Source: Nannocystis bainbridge (GTDB lineage Bacteria; Myxococcota_A; Polyangia; Nannocystales; Nannocystaceae). Taken from it: 64,000 nt of DNA. The position numbers and the translations under genes are program-made. Shown piece after piece: positions 1 to 11,685 of this stretch; the first letter of the stretch is position 1; every line of letters starts with the position of its first letter. The notes under the pieces were generated by a model. That model did no database searches and was not told the DNA's origin. It saw nothing but the letters and a program-made list of their open reading frames with translations. The stretch lies in the NCBI RefSeq assembly GCF_028368995.1, contig NZ_JAQNDL010000001.1:960001-1024000 (forward strand), given 5' to 3'.

Positions 1-461
1 GTCTTGTCGCCCTCGCGGGCGTTGACCTCGTGCCAGCACATCGCGCCGTCCTCGTCGAACGCCTGCGCGCCGGTGTGCGCCGCCGGCTCCCACAGGCCGA
101 ACGCGGCGCCGCCGGCGTCGAACGCGAACGCCATGCGGCCCTGCGCGGGGATCTCCATCGGCGGCACCAGGATCTTGCCGCCGGCGTCCTCGATCCGGCG
201 CACCGTCGCGTCGGCGTCGGAGGTCTTGAGGTACACGCTCCACGCCGAGGGCATGTCCTGCTGGTCGGGCATCTTCGGCGCCATGCCGATCACGCTGCGA
301 CCGCCGAGCCGCGCCGTCGTGTAGTGGCCGAACTCGGCCACCGGCTCGTCGAAGCTCCAGCCGAACACCCCCGTGTAGAAGCGCCTGGCGCCGTCGAGGT
401 CGGGGGTGTTCAGGTCGGCCCAGCAAGGGGCCCCGTCGGGATATCCGGTCCGCTGTGTCAT
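1..461 (-). CDS. VOC/glyoxalase family protein (two-domain type), runs off window start
   Basis: Manual translation from ATG at 461: MTQRTGYPDGAPCWADLNTPDLDGARRFYTGVFGW...AWSVYLKTSDADATVRRIEDAGGKILVPPMEIPAQGRMAFAFDAGGAAFGLWE. Confidence 0.85.
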   Translation of the reverse strand, partial: MTQRTGYPDGAPCWADLNTPDLDGARRFYTGVFGWSFDEPVAEFGHYTTARLGGRSVIGMAPKMPDQQDMPSAWSVYLKTSDADATVRRIEDAGGKILVPPMEIPAQGRMAFAFDAGGAAFGLWEPAAHTGAQAFDEDGAMCWHEVNAREGDK

Positions 462-650
462 GGTCGTGCTCCGTGCGCGAGTTCGCTCCTGCGTACCGCC
501 CCGGCGCCAGCCCGTCAACCCCTCCCGCGCCCCCGCTCGCTGCACCACGGCCGCGCGACGCGGGTGTGACAGGCTGGCCTCAAGAACATGATCCATCACC
601 CCGACGAGCGAGCCGAGCCGCGGTCCGCGGCGAGCGATCGCCGTTCCTCG

Positions 651-673
651 TGACATGTCCCGAAAGACATGTG
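651..673. repeat. 14-bp palindromic unit TGTCC-N4-GGACA
   Basis: GACATGTCCCGAAAGACATGTG, CATG cores at 654 and 668. Confidence 0.7.
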
Positions 674-685
674 AACTCGCCTTCG

Positions 686-1831
686 TCAGGCCGCCCGCGC
701 GACCGGGGGCAGCAGGCCCGGCACGATCAGCGCCGCGTCGCCGAACTCGTGGGCCAGGTAGCCGGCCCCGATCGCGTGCTCGAACGCGGCCCGCAGCGCG
801 GCCTCGCCGGCGAACGCCTGCAGCAGGGCGAAGTGACTCTCGCCCGGCCCGTGCATCCCGGTGACGATGCCGTCGACCACGCGCGGGACGAAACCTGGCC
901 CGAGGACCAGGTCGGTCTCGCCGCTGCCGGCCTGCAGCCCGCCGAAGCGGCGCACGCTGCCCTCGAGCGCGCGCACCACCGTGGTCCCGACGGCGATCAC
1001 CCGCCCGCCGCCGGCGCGGACGCGAGCGATCGCGGCGACGGTGGCCGCCGGCACCTCGAAGCGCTCGGCCAGGGGCAGCGCCGCGTCGAGCTCGGGGTCG
1101 CCGGTCGACGACAGCCCGGCCGCGTGGGTCACCGCTGCGATCTCGACGCCCGCGCGGCGCAGCGCCAGCAGCGTGTCCCAGTCGAGCGGCCGGCCCGCCG
1201 ACGGCATCTCCGCCGCCCACGGCCGCGCCGCGAACACCGTCTGCACCGACCACAGCGCCAGCGGCTCGCGCACGTGGGCGTACTGGACCGGTCGACCCAG
1301 GCGGTACAGCGCGGCCCACAGCGCCGCGCCTTCGCGGTCGAAGCGGAGCTCGCACAGCCGCGGCGACACCGGCGACACGCCCACGACCGCGGCCGTCAGC
1401 GCCTCGCTGAACACCAGCCGATCGCCGACCCGCAGCGCAGGCGGCGGCGGGCGCCGCTCGGTCGGCGTGCGCCAGTCGCCGGCCCCGAGCAGCGCGGCCC
1501 GCCAGGTCGCCCCGCCGACGCCCGTCAAGCGCACCTCGAGGTCCGCCGACAACATGTCCTCCGAGACATGTCGTTTTGGCCACCCGCGAGAGCCCGCGCC
1601 GTCGTCGAGTTCCGCATTTGACATGTCCCCGGAGACATGTTCTTTTCGCCAGGCGCGGGCGCGCAGCGACGCCGGCAGCGTCGCCGCGTCGTTGACGATC
1701 AGCAGGTCGCCGGCCCCGAGCCAGCGCGGCAGGTCGCGCACGCGGGCGTCGACATGGGCGCCCGTGCGCGGGTCGAGCAGCAGCAGCCGGGCCCCGGCCC
1801 GGTCGTCGCGGGGAGCGGTCGCGGGGTTCAT
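686..1831 (-). CDS. queA: QueA-like S-adenosylmethionine:tRNA ribosyltransferase-isomerase family protein
   Basis: C-terminal part of ORF 686..2623 from MNPATAPRDD; motifs RLLLLD, GDLLIVNDAATLPA, QTVFA, AEMPSAGRP, VIAVGTTVVRALE, TGMH, HEFGDA; start overlaps the SDR stop. Confidence 0.8.
   Translation of the reverse strand: MNPATAPRDDRAGARLLLLDPRTGAHVDARVRDLPRWLGAGDLLIVNDAATLPASLRARAWRKEHVSGDMSNAELDDGAGSRGWPKRHVSEDMLSADLEVRLTGVGGATWRAALLGAGDWRTPTERRPPPPALRVGDRLVFSEALTAAVVGVSPVSPRLCELRFDREGAALWAALYRLGRPVQYAHVREPLALWSVQTVFAARPWAAEMPSAGRPLDWDTLLALRRAGVEIAAVTHAAGLSSTGDPELDAALPLAERFEVPAATVAAIARVRAGGGRVIAVGTTVVRALEGSVRRFGGLQAGSGETDLVLGPGFVPRVVDGIVTGMHGPGESHFALLQAFAGEAALRAAFEHAIGAGYLAHEFGDAALIVPGLLPPVARAA
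1550..1655. repeat. Two 14-bp-period palindrome triplets in frame within queA
   Basis: Cores at 1553/1567/1581 and 1622/1636/1650; encodes WRKEHVSGDMSNAELDDGAGSRGWPKRHVSEDML. Confidence 0.75.
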
Positions 1832-2568
1832 CGCCCGCCTCCTTGCCAGCCCTCGGCGCGCACGCGGTCGCCCGAGCCGACCGCGGCGTCCTTCACGATC
1901 GCCGCGATCGCCCGCGCGACCGCGGCCGGGTCGGCCAGGCTGGCGCGATCGGCCTCGGGGACCGCATCGGCATGCATCTGCGTGTCCATCTCGCCCGGGT
2001 CGACCGCCAGCACGCGCACGCCGGTGCCCGCGAGCTCGGCCGCCCAGGTCCGGCTCAGGTGATCGAGCGCCGCCTTGCTCGCCCCGTACGCGCCCCAGCG
2101 CGGGTAGGCCTCGACCGCCGCGTCCGACGACACGTGCACGATCGTGCCGCGTCCGCGCAGCGCCATCGCCCCGGCGATCGCCTTGCTCAGGCGGAACGGC
2201 CCGAGCAGGTTGACCTGCAGCGCGCGCTCGAATTCCTCGCACTCGGTGTCGAGCAGCAGCCGCAGCGGCGTCGGCCCGAGCGTGCTGGCGTTGTGGATCA
2301 GCAGATCGACGGGCCCGAGCAGCGCCGCCGCCTGGTGGGCGATCGGGTGGATCGCCCGCTTGTCGCCGACATCGCCGACGATCGCCTCGGCGACGACGCC
2401 GTCCGCCCGCAGCCCGGCGACCGCGGCCGTCAGCGCCGCCGCGTCGCGGGCCACCATCGCCACCCGGGCGCCCCGCCGGCCGAGTTCGCGCGCGAGGGCC
2501 AGGCCGAGGCCGCGGCTCGCCCCGGTGACGAGCGCCGCGGTGCCTGCAAAATCGAGGTTCATGGTCAT
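1828..2568 (-). CDS. SDR family oxidoreductase
   Basis: TGASRGLG, HNAS, YGASK motifs. Confidence 0.9.
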   Translation of the reverse strand: MTMNLDFAGTAALVTGASRGLGLALARELGRRGARVAMVARDAAALTAAVAGLRADGVVAEAIVGDVGDKRAIHPIAHQAAALLGPVDLLIHNASTLGPTPLRLLLDTECEEFERALQVNLLGPFRLSKAIAGAMALRGRGTIVHVSSDAAVEAYPRWGAYGASKAALDHLSRTWAAELAGTGVRVLAVDPGEMDTQMHADAVPEADRASLADPAAVARAIAAIVKDAAVGSGDRVRAEGWQGGGR

Positions 2569-2689
2569 GAGAACAGCTCCTTTGGGTTGTCCTCAGCCTG
2601 GCGTCGCCCGGACGATTTACCAACCCGGCTGCTATTTCCTTGTCACGAGGTTATTGCGCCGACCGGGCCGACCCGGTCACAGTCGCGGC

Positions 2690-3250
2690 ATGGACGACGA
2701 CACCGTCCCGATGCACCTCGGCAACAACGTCCGCCAGCTCCGCGAGGCTCGCGGGCTGACGCAGCAGCAGATCGCCAGGGTCGCCGGCCTGCCGCGGCCG
2801 ACCTGGGCCAACCTCGAGAGCGGCGCCGCCAACCCCACGCTCGCGGTCCTGATCAAGGTCGCCGCCGCGCTGCAGGTCTCGCTCGAGGAGCTGATCAGCC
2901 CCCCGCGCACGACCTCGAAGTTCTACGCCGCCGCGACCTTGCCGACCCGCCAGCGCGGCAAGGTGCGGGTGCGCCGGCTGCTGCCCGAGCCGATCGTCGG
3001 CCTCGAGCTCGAGCGCATGGAGCTGCCGGCCGGCGCCAGCATGTCCGGCATCCCGCACACCCCGGGCACGCGCGAGTACCTGACCTGCGAGCGCGGCGAG
3101 ATCGAGCTCAGCGAATCCGGGCGGGTGTGGAAGCTCGGGCCCGGCGACGTCGTGGTGTTCCGCGGCGACCAGCCCCACGGCTACCGCAACGCCGGCGGCG
3201 CGTCCGCGATCGCCTACAGCGTCATCACCCTCGCGCCGCCGGCCGGCTGA
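2690..3250 (+). CDS. XRE-family HTH plus cupin transcriptional regulator, divergent from SDR-queA
   Basis: LGNNVRQLREARGLTQQQIA...LESGAANPTL HTH_3; cupin HTPGTREYL, FRGDQPHGYRN. Confidence 0.9.
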   Translation: MDDDTVPMHLGNNVRQLREARGLTQQQIARVAGLPRPTWANLESGAANPTLAVLIKVAAALQVSLEELISPPRTTSKFYAAATLPTRQRGKVRVRRLLPEPIVGLELERMELPAGASMSGIPHTPGTREYLTCERGEIELSESGRVWKLGPGDVVVFRGDQPHGYRNAGGASAIAYSVITLAPPAG

Positions 3251-3272
3251 CGGCGACGGGGCGCGCGCCTCG

Positions 3273-3310
3273 CCACCTGTCCCCGAGGCCATGTCCCAAA
3301 TACCATCCGG
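3273..3310. repeat. 14-bp-period palindrome array
   Basis: CCTGTCCCCGAGGCCATGTCCCAAATACCATC, cores at 3276/3290/3304. Confidence 0.65.
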
Positions 3311-3398
3311 GCCGATGCACCGACATGTACGGCTCGCGGCTTGCCCGCCTTCGCGGATGCGTGCTTTCACCCCCGCGAACTCGGTATCCTGGCGCTCC

Positions 3399-4532
3399 AT
3401 GGACGAGCGCAGCAGCCGGGCCCCCCACGTCGTCATCGAGTTGGACGCGGCGCTCCGCGTCACCGGCTGGAACCGGCGCGCAGAGCAGCTGTTCGGGGCG
3501 TCCGCGGCCGAGGCCGAGGGCAAGTCGATCGCCGAGCTGCTGCCGGTCGCCGGCCAGTCCACGGCCTGGACCGCCGCGCTGACGCGCGACAGCGAGGCGA
3601 CCGAGGTGCGCACGATCGCCGTCGGCGGGCGCGAGCTCGCGTTCGAGACGTGGTGGCAGGTCGACCGCGACGGCGACGGCCCGGTCACCGGCGTCACCAT
3701 CTACGGCCACGACGTCACCGCCCGGGAGACCGACGCGCGCCGCGGCCAGCTCGAGCGGACCATCCTGGCCAACCTGCTCGACACCCTCGACATCAGCGGC
3801 TGGGCGCTCGACTCGCGCGGCGTGTTCCTGTTCCAGGACGGCAAGGCGATGCGGGCCACCGGGCTTACGCCGCACCAGTTCGTCGGCGCCAGCATCTTCG
3901 ACGTCTACGCCAGCGAGTCGGGCCTCGACGAGGTCCGGCAGGCGCTGGCCGGCCAACAGCACCTCGGCCTCCAGTCCGAGACCTACGGCATCCACTGGAT
4001 GCACTGGTACATCCCGGTCAAGGACGGCACGGAGGTGGCGGTGGTCGGCCTCTCGCTCGACGTCACCGACACCAAGCGCAACGAGATCGAGCTGCGGGCC
4101 AAGCTCGAGCTGATCGAGCGGCAACAGGAGGTCATCCGCGAGCTCTCGACCCCGATCATCGAGGTGTGGGACGGCGTGATCACCCTGCCGATCGTCGGCC
4201 TCATCGACAGCGTCCGCACCGCCGAGATCATGGACAACCTGCTGCAGCAGGTCGCGCGCACGCGGGCCCGCTTCGCCATCCTCGACCTCACCGGCGTCGA
4301 GGTCGTCGACACCGGCACCGCCAGCCACCTGATCGGCATGATCCAGGCGATCCGCCTGCTCGGCGCCGAAGGCATCCTGACCGGCATCCACCCGCTCATC
4401 GCCCAGACGATCGTCGCGCTCGGCGTCGACCTCACCCGCGTGACCGTGCACGCCAAGCTGCGCGACGCCCTGCAGTACTGCATCGGCCAGCTCAGCCGCA
4501 AGCGGGCGGCCGCGCAGGCCAAGGGCGTCTGA
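3399..4532 (+). CDS. rsbR: PAS-PAS-STAS protein (RsbR-like co-antagonist)
   Basis: WNRRAEQLFG PAS; IRELSTPIIEVWDGVITLPIVGLIDSVRT and ILDLTGVEVVDT RsbR STAS signature. Confidence 0.85.
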   Translation: MDERSSRAPHVVIELDAALRVTGWNRRAEQLFGASAAEAEGKSIAELLPVAGQSTAWTAALTRDSEATEVRTIAVGGRELAFETWWQVDRDGDGPVTGVTIYGHDVTARETDARRGQLERTILANLLDTLDISGWALDSRGVFLFQDGKAMRATGLTPHQFVGASIFDVYASESGLDEVRQALAGQQHLGLQSETYGIHWMHWYIPVKDGTEVAVVGLSLDVTDTKRNEIELRAKLELIERQQEVIRELSTPIIEVWDGVITLPIVGLIDSVRTAEIMDNLLQQVARTRARFAILDLTGVEVVDTGTASHLIGMIQAIRLLGAEGILTGIHPLIAQTIVALGVDLTRVTVHAKLRDALQYCIGQLSRKRAAAQAKGV

Positions 4533-4535
4533 TCG

Positions 4536-4593
4536 GCGCCTGTCCCTCCGGACATCTGCGTCACGCGGGCGCGTCTGTCCCTTCGGACAGCTC
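4536..4593. repeat. Two 14-bp palindromic units at a convergent junction
   Basis: TGTCCCTCCGGACA (4541) and TGTCCCTTCGGACA (4576). Confidence 0.75.
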
Positions 4594-4604
4594 GATCGGC
4601 CCGC

Positions 4605-5378
4605 TCACTCGCACGCCGGGAACTGCCCCGCGCCCGCGGCGTCGCCGGCCTCGACGAACGGGATGTCCATGTCCTCGAGGACATTGTTCTCAGTGTCGGT
4701 GACGCGAAACGCGTACGGCCCCGGGCCCATGCCCGCCTCAGCGACGAAATAGTTGTAGTCGAGCCGCGGCACCGCCTGCCACGCGCCCTCGCCGTCCTTG
4801 TATTCGAAGGCGGCGATCGGGTTTTTGTGCCCGCGGACCTGCACGGCCGTCCACCACTGGTTGCTGCCCTCCTTGAAGTGGTAGACGATCGGGCCGCTGG
4901 TCGCGCACGACACGAAGCCCCAGGAGATCGGCACACGGCCGAGCTCCTTGGCGGCGATCATGGGGAATGCAGCCTCGCTCAGATCGATGTCGCCCTGCGG
5001 ACATCCCGGACAACTGTCCACAATACGGACAATGATCGATCCGTCCGGTCCGTCGATCGCAACACACGCGCCGCACGCCGCCGAGTCCGCGTAATCGACG
5101 ATGTTCATCGCCGCCACCATCGGCTCGCCGGGGTCCGCGGCGAAGCTGCAATTGCCGCTGCCGTCCGCCGCATAATAGGTCGCCTCGCCGGTGTGGACCT
5201 CGCCCTCGCACACCTCGCCGCCCCCGCTCGCGGCGCCCGGATCGCTGTCTGCGTCCGTGCCCTCGCCGTCGCTGCTGGCGGCGCCCGGATCGCTGTCTGC
5301 GTCCGTGTCGGCGCGGTCGCTGCCGCCGCACGCCAGACACACCGACACCGCCACCCATATGCCGCGAGCTCCGCTCAT
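4605..5378 (-). CDS. Expansin-like lipoprotein (EXLX1/YoaJ family)
   Basis: Lipobox CLAC; GEATYY, GNCSF, ACGAC, IVDSCPGC, DIDLS DPBB domain; FKEGSNQWWTAVQV, DYNYF CBM63 domain; 30-bp duplication at 5230-5259 and 5278-5307 in the linker. Confidence 0.85.
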   Translation of the reverse strand: MSGARGIWVAVSVCLACGGSDRADTDADSDPGAASSDGEGTDADSDPGAASGGGEVCEGEVHTGEATYYAADGSGNCSFAADPGEPMVAAMNIVDYADSAACGACVAIDGPDGSIIVRIVDSCPGCPQGDIDLSEAAFPMIAAKELGRVPISWGFVSCATSGPIVYHFKEGSNQWWTAVQVRGHKNPIAAFEYKDGEGAWQAVPRLDYNYFVAEAGMGPGPYAFRVTDTENNVLEDMDIPFVEAGDAAGAGQFPACE

Positions 5379-5442
5379 GCCACCAGCAGGCCACGCGCCG
5401 ACCACCCTGTCAACGCTGGCGAACGGTGATACCATCGAGGCC

Positions 5443-5880
5443 GTGGGTCGTTACCGCGTGACTACCGAGGCCGATGTCGTCGGTGCCCGCGTGGCCGCCG
5501 AACGGCTCGCGCTGCAGGAGGGGTTCCCGCGGCTGGCGGCGCAGGAGGTCGCGCTCGTCACCTCGGAGCTGGCGTGGAACCTGGTGCGCCACGCAGGCGG
5601 CGGTGAGATCGATCTGGCGATGACGAACGGCCCGCACGGCCCGGCGATCGTCGTCGCCGCGATCGACGGCAGCCCGCCGATCGCCGACCTCGAGACCGCG
5701 ATGCTCGACGGCCACACCGCGAACGGGCCCATCCCGCCGGAGGAGCGGATGCGCCGGCGCGGCCTCGGCAGCGGCCTCGGAGCGGCGCTCCGCCTCAGCG
5801 ACCGCCTGGTCCAGGAGGCCTTGCCCCGGGGCAAACGCATCGTCGCCACCCGCTACCTGGTGCGCCCGGGCCGGCTGTGA
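5443..5880 (+). CDS. rsbT: RsbT-like anti-sigma Ser/Thr kinase (HATPase_c)
   Basis: EADVVGAR, VTSELAWNLVRHAGGG, IADLETAMLDG, GLGSGL; GTG start after GAGG (start inferred). Confidence 0.75.
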   Translation: MGRYRVTTEADVVGARVAAERLALQEGFPRLAAQEVALVTSELAWNLVRHAGGGEIDLAMTNGPHGPAIVVAAIDGSPPIADLETAMLDGHTANGPIPPEERMRRRGLGSGLGAALRLSDRLVQEALPRGKRIVATRYLVRPGRL

Positions 5881-5956
5881 GACATGTCCAAAGGGTCATG
5901 TCCTCGAGGACATGACCTCATCGACATGCCCTTCAGAGCATGTCCTGAAGTACACG
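5881..5956. repeat. 14-bp-period palindrome array (6 cores) at a convergent junction
   Basis: CATG at 5883, 5897, 5911, 5925, 5939; CACG at 5953. Confidence 0.85.
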
Positions 5957-6135
5957 ACGCGTCCGAATCACCACGCGCCCGGGCGAGCTCGCCGCGCGGC
6001 GAGGGACCGAGCGCCCGACCGAAGACCGCCGCGCATCCGTGACGACCAAGCGCGCCAACAGGGCGCCGCTTCAGAAAGCGACCGAGCGCGCGACGGAGGC
6101 CGTCGCGCGCTCGCCGGGGTCCGCCCGCGGGCGGC

Positions 6136-6996
6136 TCAGGACGCCGCGATCGCGGCGAGGTCGAGGACTTGCTCCTCGCGGGTGACGCGGAAGCCGAGGC
6201 GGCGCAGGCAGAAGCGCAGGCCCTCGCGCAGGCTGCGGAGCGTGACCACGCCCTGCAGCTCGAGCCCGAGGCCGACGATGATCTGGGCGACCGCGGGCTG
6301 GATGCCGGTGATGACGCAGCGGGCCCCGAGCAGGCGGACCGCCCGCATCACGCGGAGCAGGTGGTCGGCGGTGGCGGTGTCGACGGTGTCGACGCCGGTG
6401 AGGTCGACGATGGCGAAGCGCGCCCCGGTGCGGGACACCGCCTCGAGCAGGGTGTTCTTCATGTCGGCCGCGCGCACGCTGTCGACCAGGCCGACCACCG
6501 GCATGGTGACGATGTCGTCCCACACCTGAATGATGGGCGTCGAGGTCGCGGCCGTGATCGCCTCTTGTTGCAGGAACCGCCGCTGCAGCTCCTCCTCGAG
6601 CCGCAGGCCCTCGCTGAGGTCGCGGGCGACGATCGCCGCCGCGCTGACGCGACCGTCGTCGCGGATCGGGACGATCGTCAGCTGCACCGGCACCGAGGAG
6701 CCGTCGTTGCGCCGCAGCTCGCCCTCGCCCTCCCACTGGCCCTGGGCGATGGCGGTCGGGATCCACTCACCGATCAGCTGGGCCGCGTGCGGGCTCAGCT
6801 GGTCGATCCTGTGGCCCTGGAGCTCGTCGGACGCGCGGTCGACCAGGCGCAGCCCCGCGGCGTTGACGTGCAGCACCGCCCCGTTCGGATCGACCAGCGC
6901 CGCAAAATCCGCGAGGCCGGCGAACATCGCCTTGAAGGACGCAATGTTGGACTGTGGCTCGGCGCTCATCGGCTCAGCTCCTTGGACATTCGACAT
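6136..6996 (-). CDS. rsbR: PAS-STAS protein (RsbR-like)
   Basis: PAS (VNAAG, WEGEGELRRNDGS); STPIIQVWDDIVTMPVVGLVDSVRA, IVDLTGVDTVDT, TGIQPAVAQ. Confidence 0.85.
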   Translation of the reverse strand: MSNVQGAEPMSAEPQSNIASFKAMFAGLADFAALVDPNGAVLHVNAAGLRLVDRASDELQGHRIDQLSPHAAQLIGEWIPTAIAQGQWEGEGELRRNDGSSVPVQLTIVPIRDDGRVSAAAIVARDLSEGLRLEEELQRRFLQQEAITAATSTPIIQVWDDIVTMPVVGLVDSVRAADMKNTLLEAVSRTGARFAIVDLTGVDTVDTATADHLLRVMRAVRLLGARCVITGIQPAVAQIIVGLGLELQGVVTLRSLREGLRFCLRRLGFRVTREEQVLDLAAIAAS

Positions 6997-7148
6997 CGTC
7001 GCGGACGGCCCGCGAGGCGCGGCGCCCGGCGGCGCGGCGATAGAGGCCCGAAGGGCCCGGTTGAGAGACGCCCCGCGCGTGGCTGACGACGACGGAGTTG
7101 TGCGGGTAGCGGGCGGTCATGGCGAGGGCGAGAGGGATACGCCGCCGG

Positions 7149-7601
7149 TCAGTCGGCGGACTTGGCGAAAGACGCCGCGCTCGTGATGGTCTCGGGGGTC
7201 GCGTCGTCGTAGTCGTCGGGCTCGAGCTCGCTGACGACCGCGCTGACACCGAGGCGCTCGAGCGCGTCCTCGAGGGTCAGCGCCGTCTGGGCCAGGCGGA
7301 AGTCGGCGCCCATGGTCTGCAGCGTCATGGCGATCGGCGCACTCATGCCGCAGATGACCGTCGGCGTGCCCATCAACCGGGCCGCGGCGGCCAGGTTGGC
7401 GATCACGTGGCAGAGGTGGCTGTCCATCGTCCACATGCCCGTGACGTCGATGACGAGCCCGGCCGCCGAGGTGTCGCGGATCGTCCGCAGCACGTCGTCG
7501 ACCAGGAACGCGGCGGTCTCGTCGGTCACGTCGCCTTGCAAGGGGACGACGATGCGCTGCCAGAGCTGAATGACGGGGATGCGGTTCTCGAAGGTCTTCA
7601 T
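7149..7601 (-). CDS. rsbS: RsbS-like STAS antagonist
   Basis: RIPVIQL, LQGDVTD, GLVIDVTG..MDS (phosphoserine site), AARLMG, GMSAPIAMTL. Confidence 0.85.
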   Translation of the reverse strand: MKTFENRIPVIQLWQRIVVPLQGDVTDETAAFLVDDVLRTIRDTSAAGLVIDVTGMWTMDSHLCHVIANLAAAARLMGTPTVICGMSAPIAMTLQTMGADFRLAQTALTLEDALERLGVSAVVSELEPDDYDDATPETITSAASFAKSAD

Positions 7602-7605
7602 GGCC

Positions 7606-8193
7606 TCAAGCCTCGGTGTCGCAAACGAGCACGCTGGCGTCGTCGTCCGGTTTTCGGTGCTCGCGCATCAGGGTGTCGCACAAAGGTTCAGGGTCGAGGT
7701 GCCGCAGCGAGTCGAGCGGCGTCCGCTGCGAGATGCCGTCGGAGAACAGGACCAGCCGCGCGCCCGCCGGCAGCTCGCCGCGGCAGATCCGGAAGCTCTG
7801 CACGCGCGCGCCGAGCACCCCGGGGCTGAGCAAGATCGGCAGCTTGGCGCCGAAGCAGCGGATCTCGACGTTGCCGACCCCGCAGCCGACGAACGACACG
7901 GTGGCGGGGTTGGTCGTCGGGGTCACGCCGAGCTGGCACACCGCCGCCGCCGCGCCGCGGGTGCCGCGGAGCGCCTCGTGCACCGCCCGCATCGCCTCGT
8001 CGAGGTCGACGGTGACCGGCAGGCGGTTCAAGCAGTCGATCGCCGCGTGGGCCGCCAGCGCCGCCAGGCGCCCGTGACCGAGGCCGTCGATCACGGCCAG
8101 CATGATCGCCTCGGGGCCGCGACGGACGAGCACGGCGTCGCCGTTCTCGCGCTCGCCCGTCTTCGGGCTCGTCCGCTGGGCGGTCTTCCACAT
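7606..8193 (-). CDS. rsbX: RsbX-like PP2C/SpoIIE phosphatase
   Basis: GERENGD, AVIDGLGHG, GTRGAA, GVGNV, LFSDGI, DDASVL; TGATG coupling with upstream gene. Confidence 0.85.
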   Translation of the reverse strand: MWKTAQRTSPKTGERENGDAVLVRRGPEAIMLAVIDGLGHGRLAALAAHAAIDCLNRLPVTVDLDEAMRAVHEALRGTRGAAAAVCQLGVTPTTNPATVSFVGCGVGNVEIRCFGAKLPILLSPGVLGARVQSFRICRGELPAGARLVLFSDGISQRTPLDSLRHLDPEPLCDTLMREHRKPDDDASVLVCDTEA

Positions 8194-8833
8194 CAATAGT
8201 TCACCTCGACCTCGATCCGGGTGCCCGTAGGTCCGGTCTCGATCTCGAACTTGTCCGACAGCCGCTTGGTCCCGAGGATCCCGAGCCCGAGCCCGCTGCG
8301 GCTCTTGTATTTGCCGGACATGATCTCCGGCAGGTTCTTGATGCCGCCGCCCTTGTCGCTGCCGATCACGTGCATGCAGCGGCGGCCGCCCGGGCACGGC
8401 TTGATGACAAGCCTGCCGCCGCCGGCGTAGAGCACCTGGTTGCGCGCCAGCTCGCTGACCACGGTGGCCAGCTTCTGCAGGATCAACGCCGAGGTCCCGA
8501 GCGCCATGCAGATGTCGCGCGCGGCCAGGCGAGCGCGGGCGATGTCCGCCTCGATCTTCACTTCGATCTCGATCGCCTCGATCGTCTTGGGCGAGGCGGC
8601 CCGCGTCAGCTCGGCGAACGCTCTGCGCGACTCGTTCTCGCCGACGAACGAGCGCACGCCCTCGACCAGCCGCGCGATCAGCTGGCTGTCGGTCGCCGGC
8701 CGCCCGCGCAGCTCGGAGCGCGCGCGCAGCAGGATGCCCTGGGCCCGCGCCGTGCCGACGAAGCGCGCCAGCACCGACACCAGCGCGGCGTCGTCCAGGC
8801 CGGGAGCGCCTGGTGGTTTGCCTCGCAGATCGG

Positions 8834-8837
<4 letters not shown>
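8193..8837 (-). CDS. rsbT: RsbT-like kinase with N-terminal helical extension
   Basis: EADIARAR, LATVVSELARNQVLYAGGG, DKGGGI, GLGLGILGTKRLSDKFEIETGPTGT. Confidence 0.85.
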
Positions 8838-10849
<2,012 letters not shown>

Positions 10850-11037
10850 GAGGCTTGGATTGTAAGGGGGGACGCATCCCCCGTGTGGGATCCTTTTTCG
10901 CGCACGTTCTCCGACCCACCGGCGAGCGCAGCGCACATCGTCCTTCCTCGACCGCGGCTTCGGGACCTCCCCGGCTTCGCCGCGACCTCGCGGTCCGCGT
11001 CCGGGACGGCGCAGCGATTCCCCGCCCTGCTACCGTC

Positions 11038-11685
11038 ATGTGCGTGTGGCTCGCCCTGCTCACCCGCCTGCTCGCGGTCCCGGAGCTCGACGCCGCCGCG
11101 CTGCGTGACGGCGACATCCTGCTCCACACCTCGCGCAGCGCGCAGGCCGTCGCCGTCGCCGCCGCCACCGCCAGCCCCTACACCCACGTCGGCATCGTCG
11201 ACCGCATTGGCGACGACGCCTTCGTGATCGAGGCCGTCGGCCCGACCCGCCGGACCCCGCTGTCCGAGTGGCTGGCCCGGGGCGCCGGCGGCAAGGCCAC
11301 CGCGGTGCGCCACCCCGGGCTCGACGCGGCCGCGCGCGCCGCCGTGGTGGCCGCCGCCACCAGCTACCTCGGGCGCCCTTATGACCTGTCCTTTACGCCA
11401 GGTGACGACGCCCTCTACTGTAGCGAACTGGTGACGCTCGCCTACGCCGCCGTCGACGTCGCGGTGGGTACGTGGCGCCCTCTGGGGGATCTCGCACTCG
11501 ACGACCCGGCCACGCGCCGACTGCTGAAGCGTCGCTGGCGAGCGCACCCGGCCTGCCGCGGCGCGCCCTCGCTCGCCGCGTGTCGGCCGGCGCTCGCAGC
11601 AGTCCCGGTCGTCACGCCGGAAAGCCTGGCGGCCGACCCTCGCTTGCGGATCGTCGGCACCAGCTACCTTCTCCGACCTCGCTGA
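11038..11685 (+). CDS. YiiX/YebB-like permuted papain-like (NlpC/P60) amidase
   Basis: LRDGDILL, SPYTHVGI, VIEAV, YLGRPYD, LYCSELV. Confidence 0.85.
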   Translation: MCVWLALLTRLLAVPELDAAALRDGDILLHTSRSAQAVAVAAATASPYTHVGIVDRIGDDAFVIEAVGPTRRTPLSEWLARGAGGKATAVRHPGLDAAARAAVVAAATSYLGRPYDLSFTPGDDALYCSELVTLAYAAVDVAVGTWRPLGDLALDDPATRRLLKRRWRAHPACRGAPSLAACRPALAAVPVVTPESLAADPRLRIVGTSYLLRPR

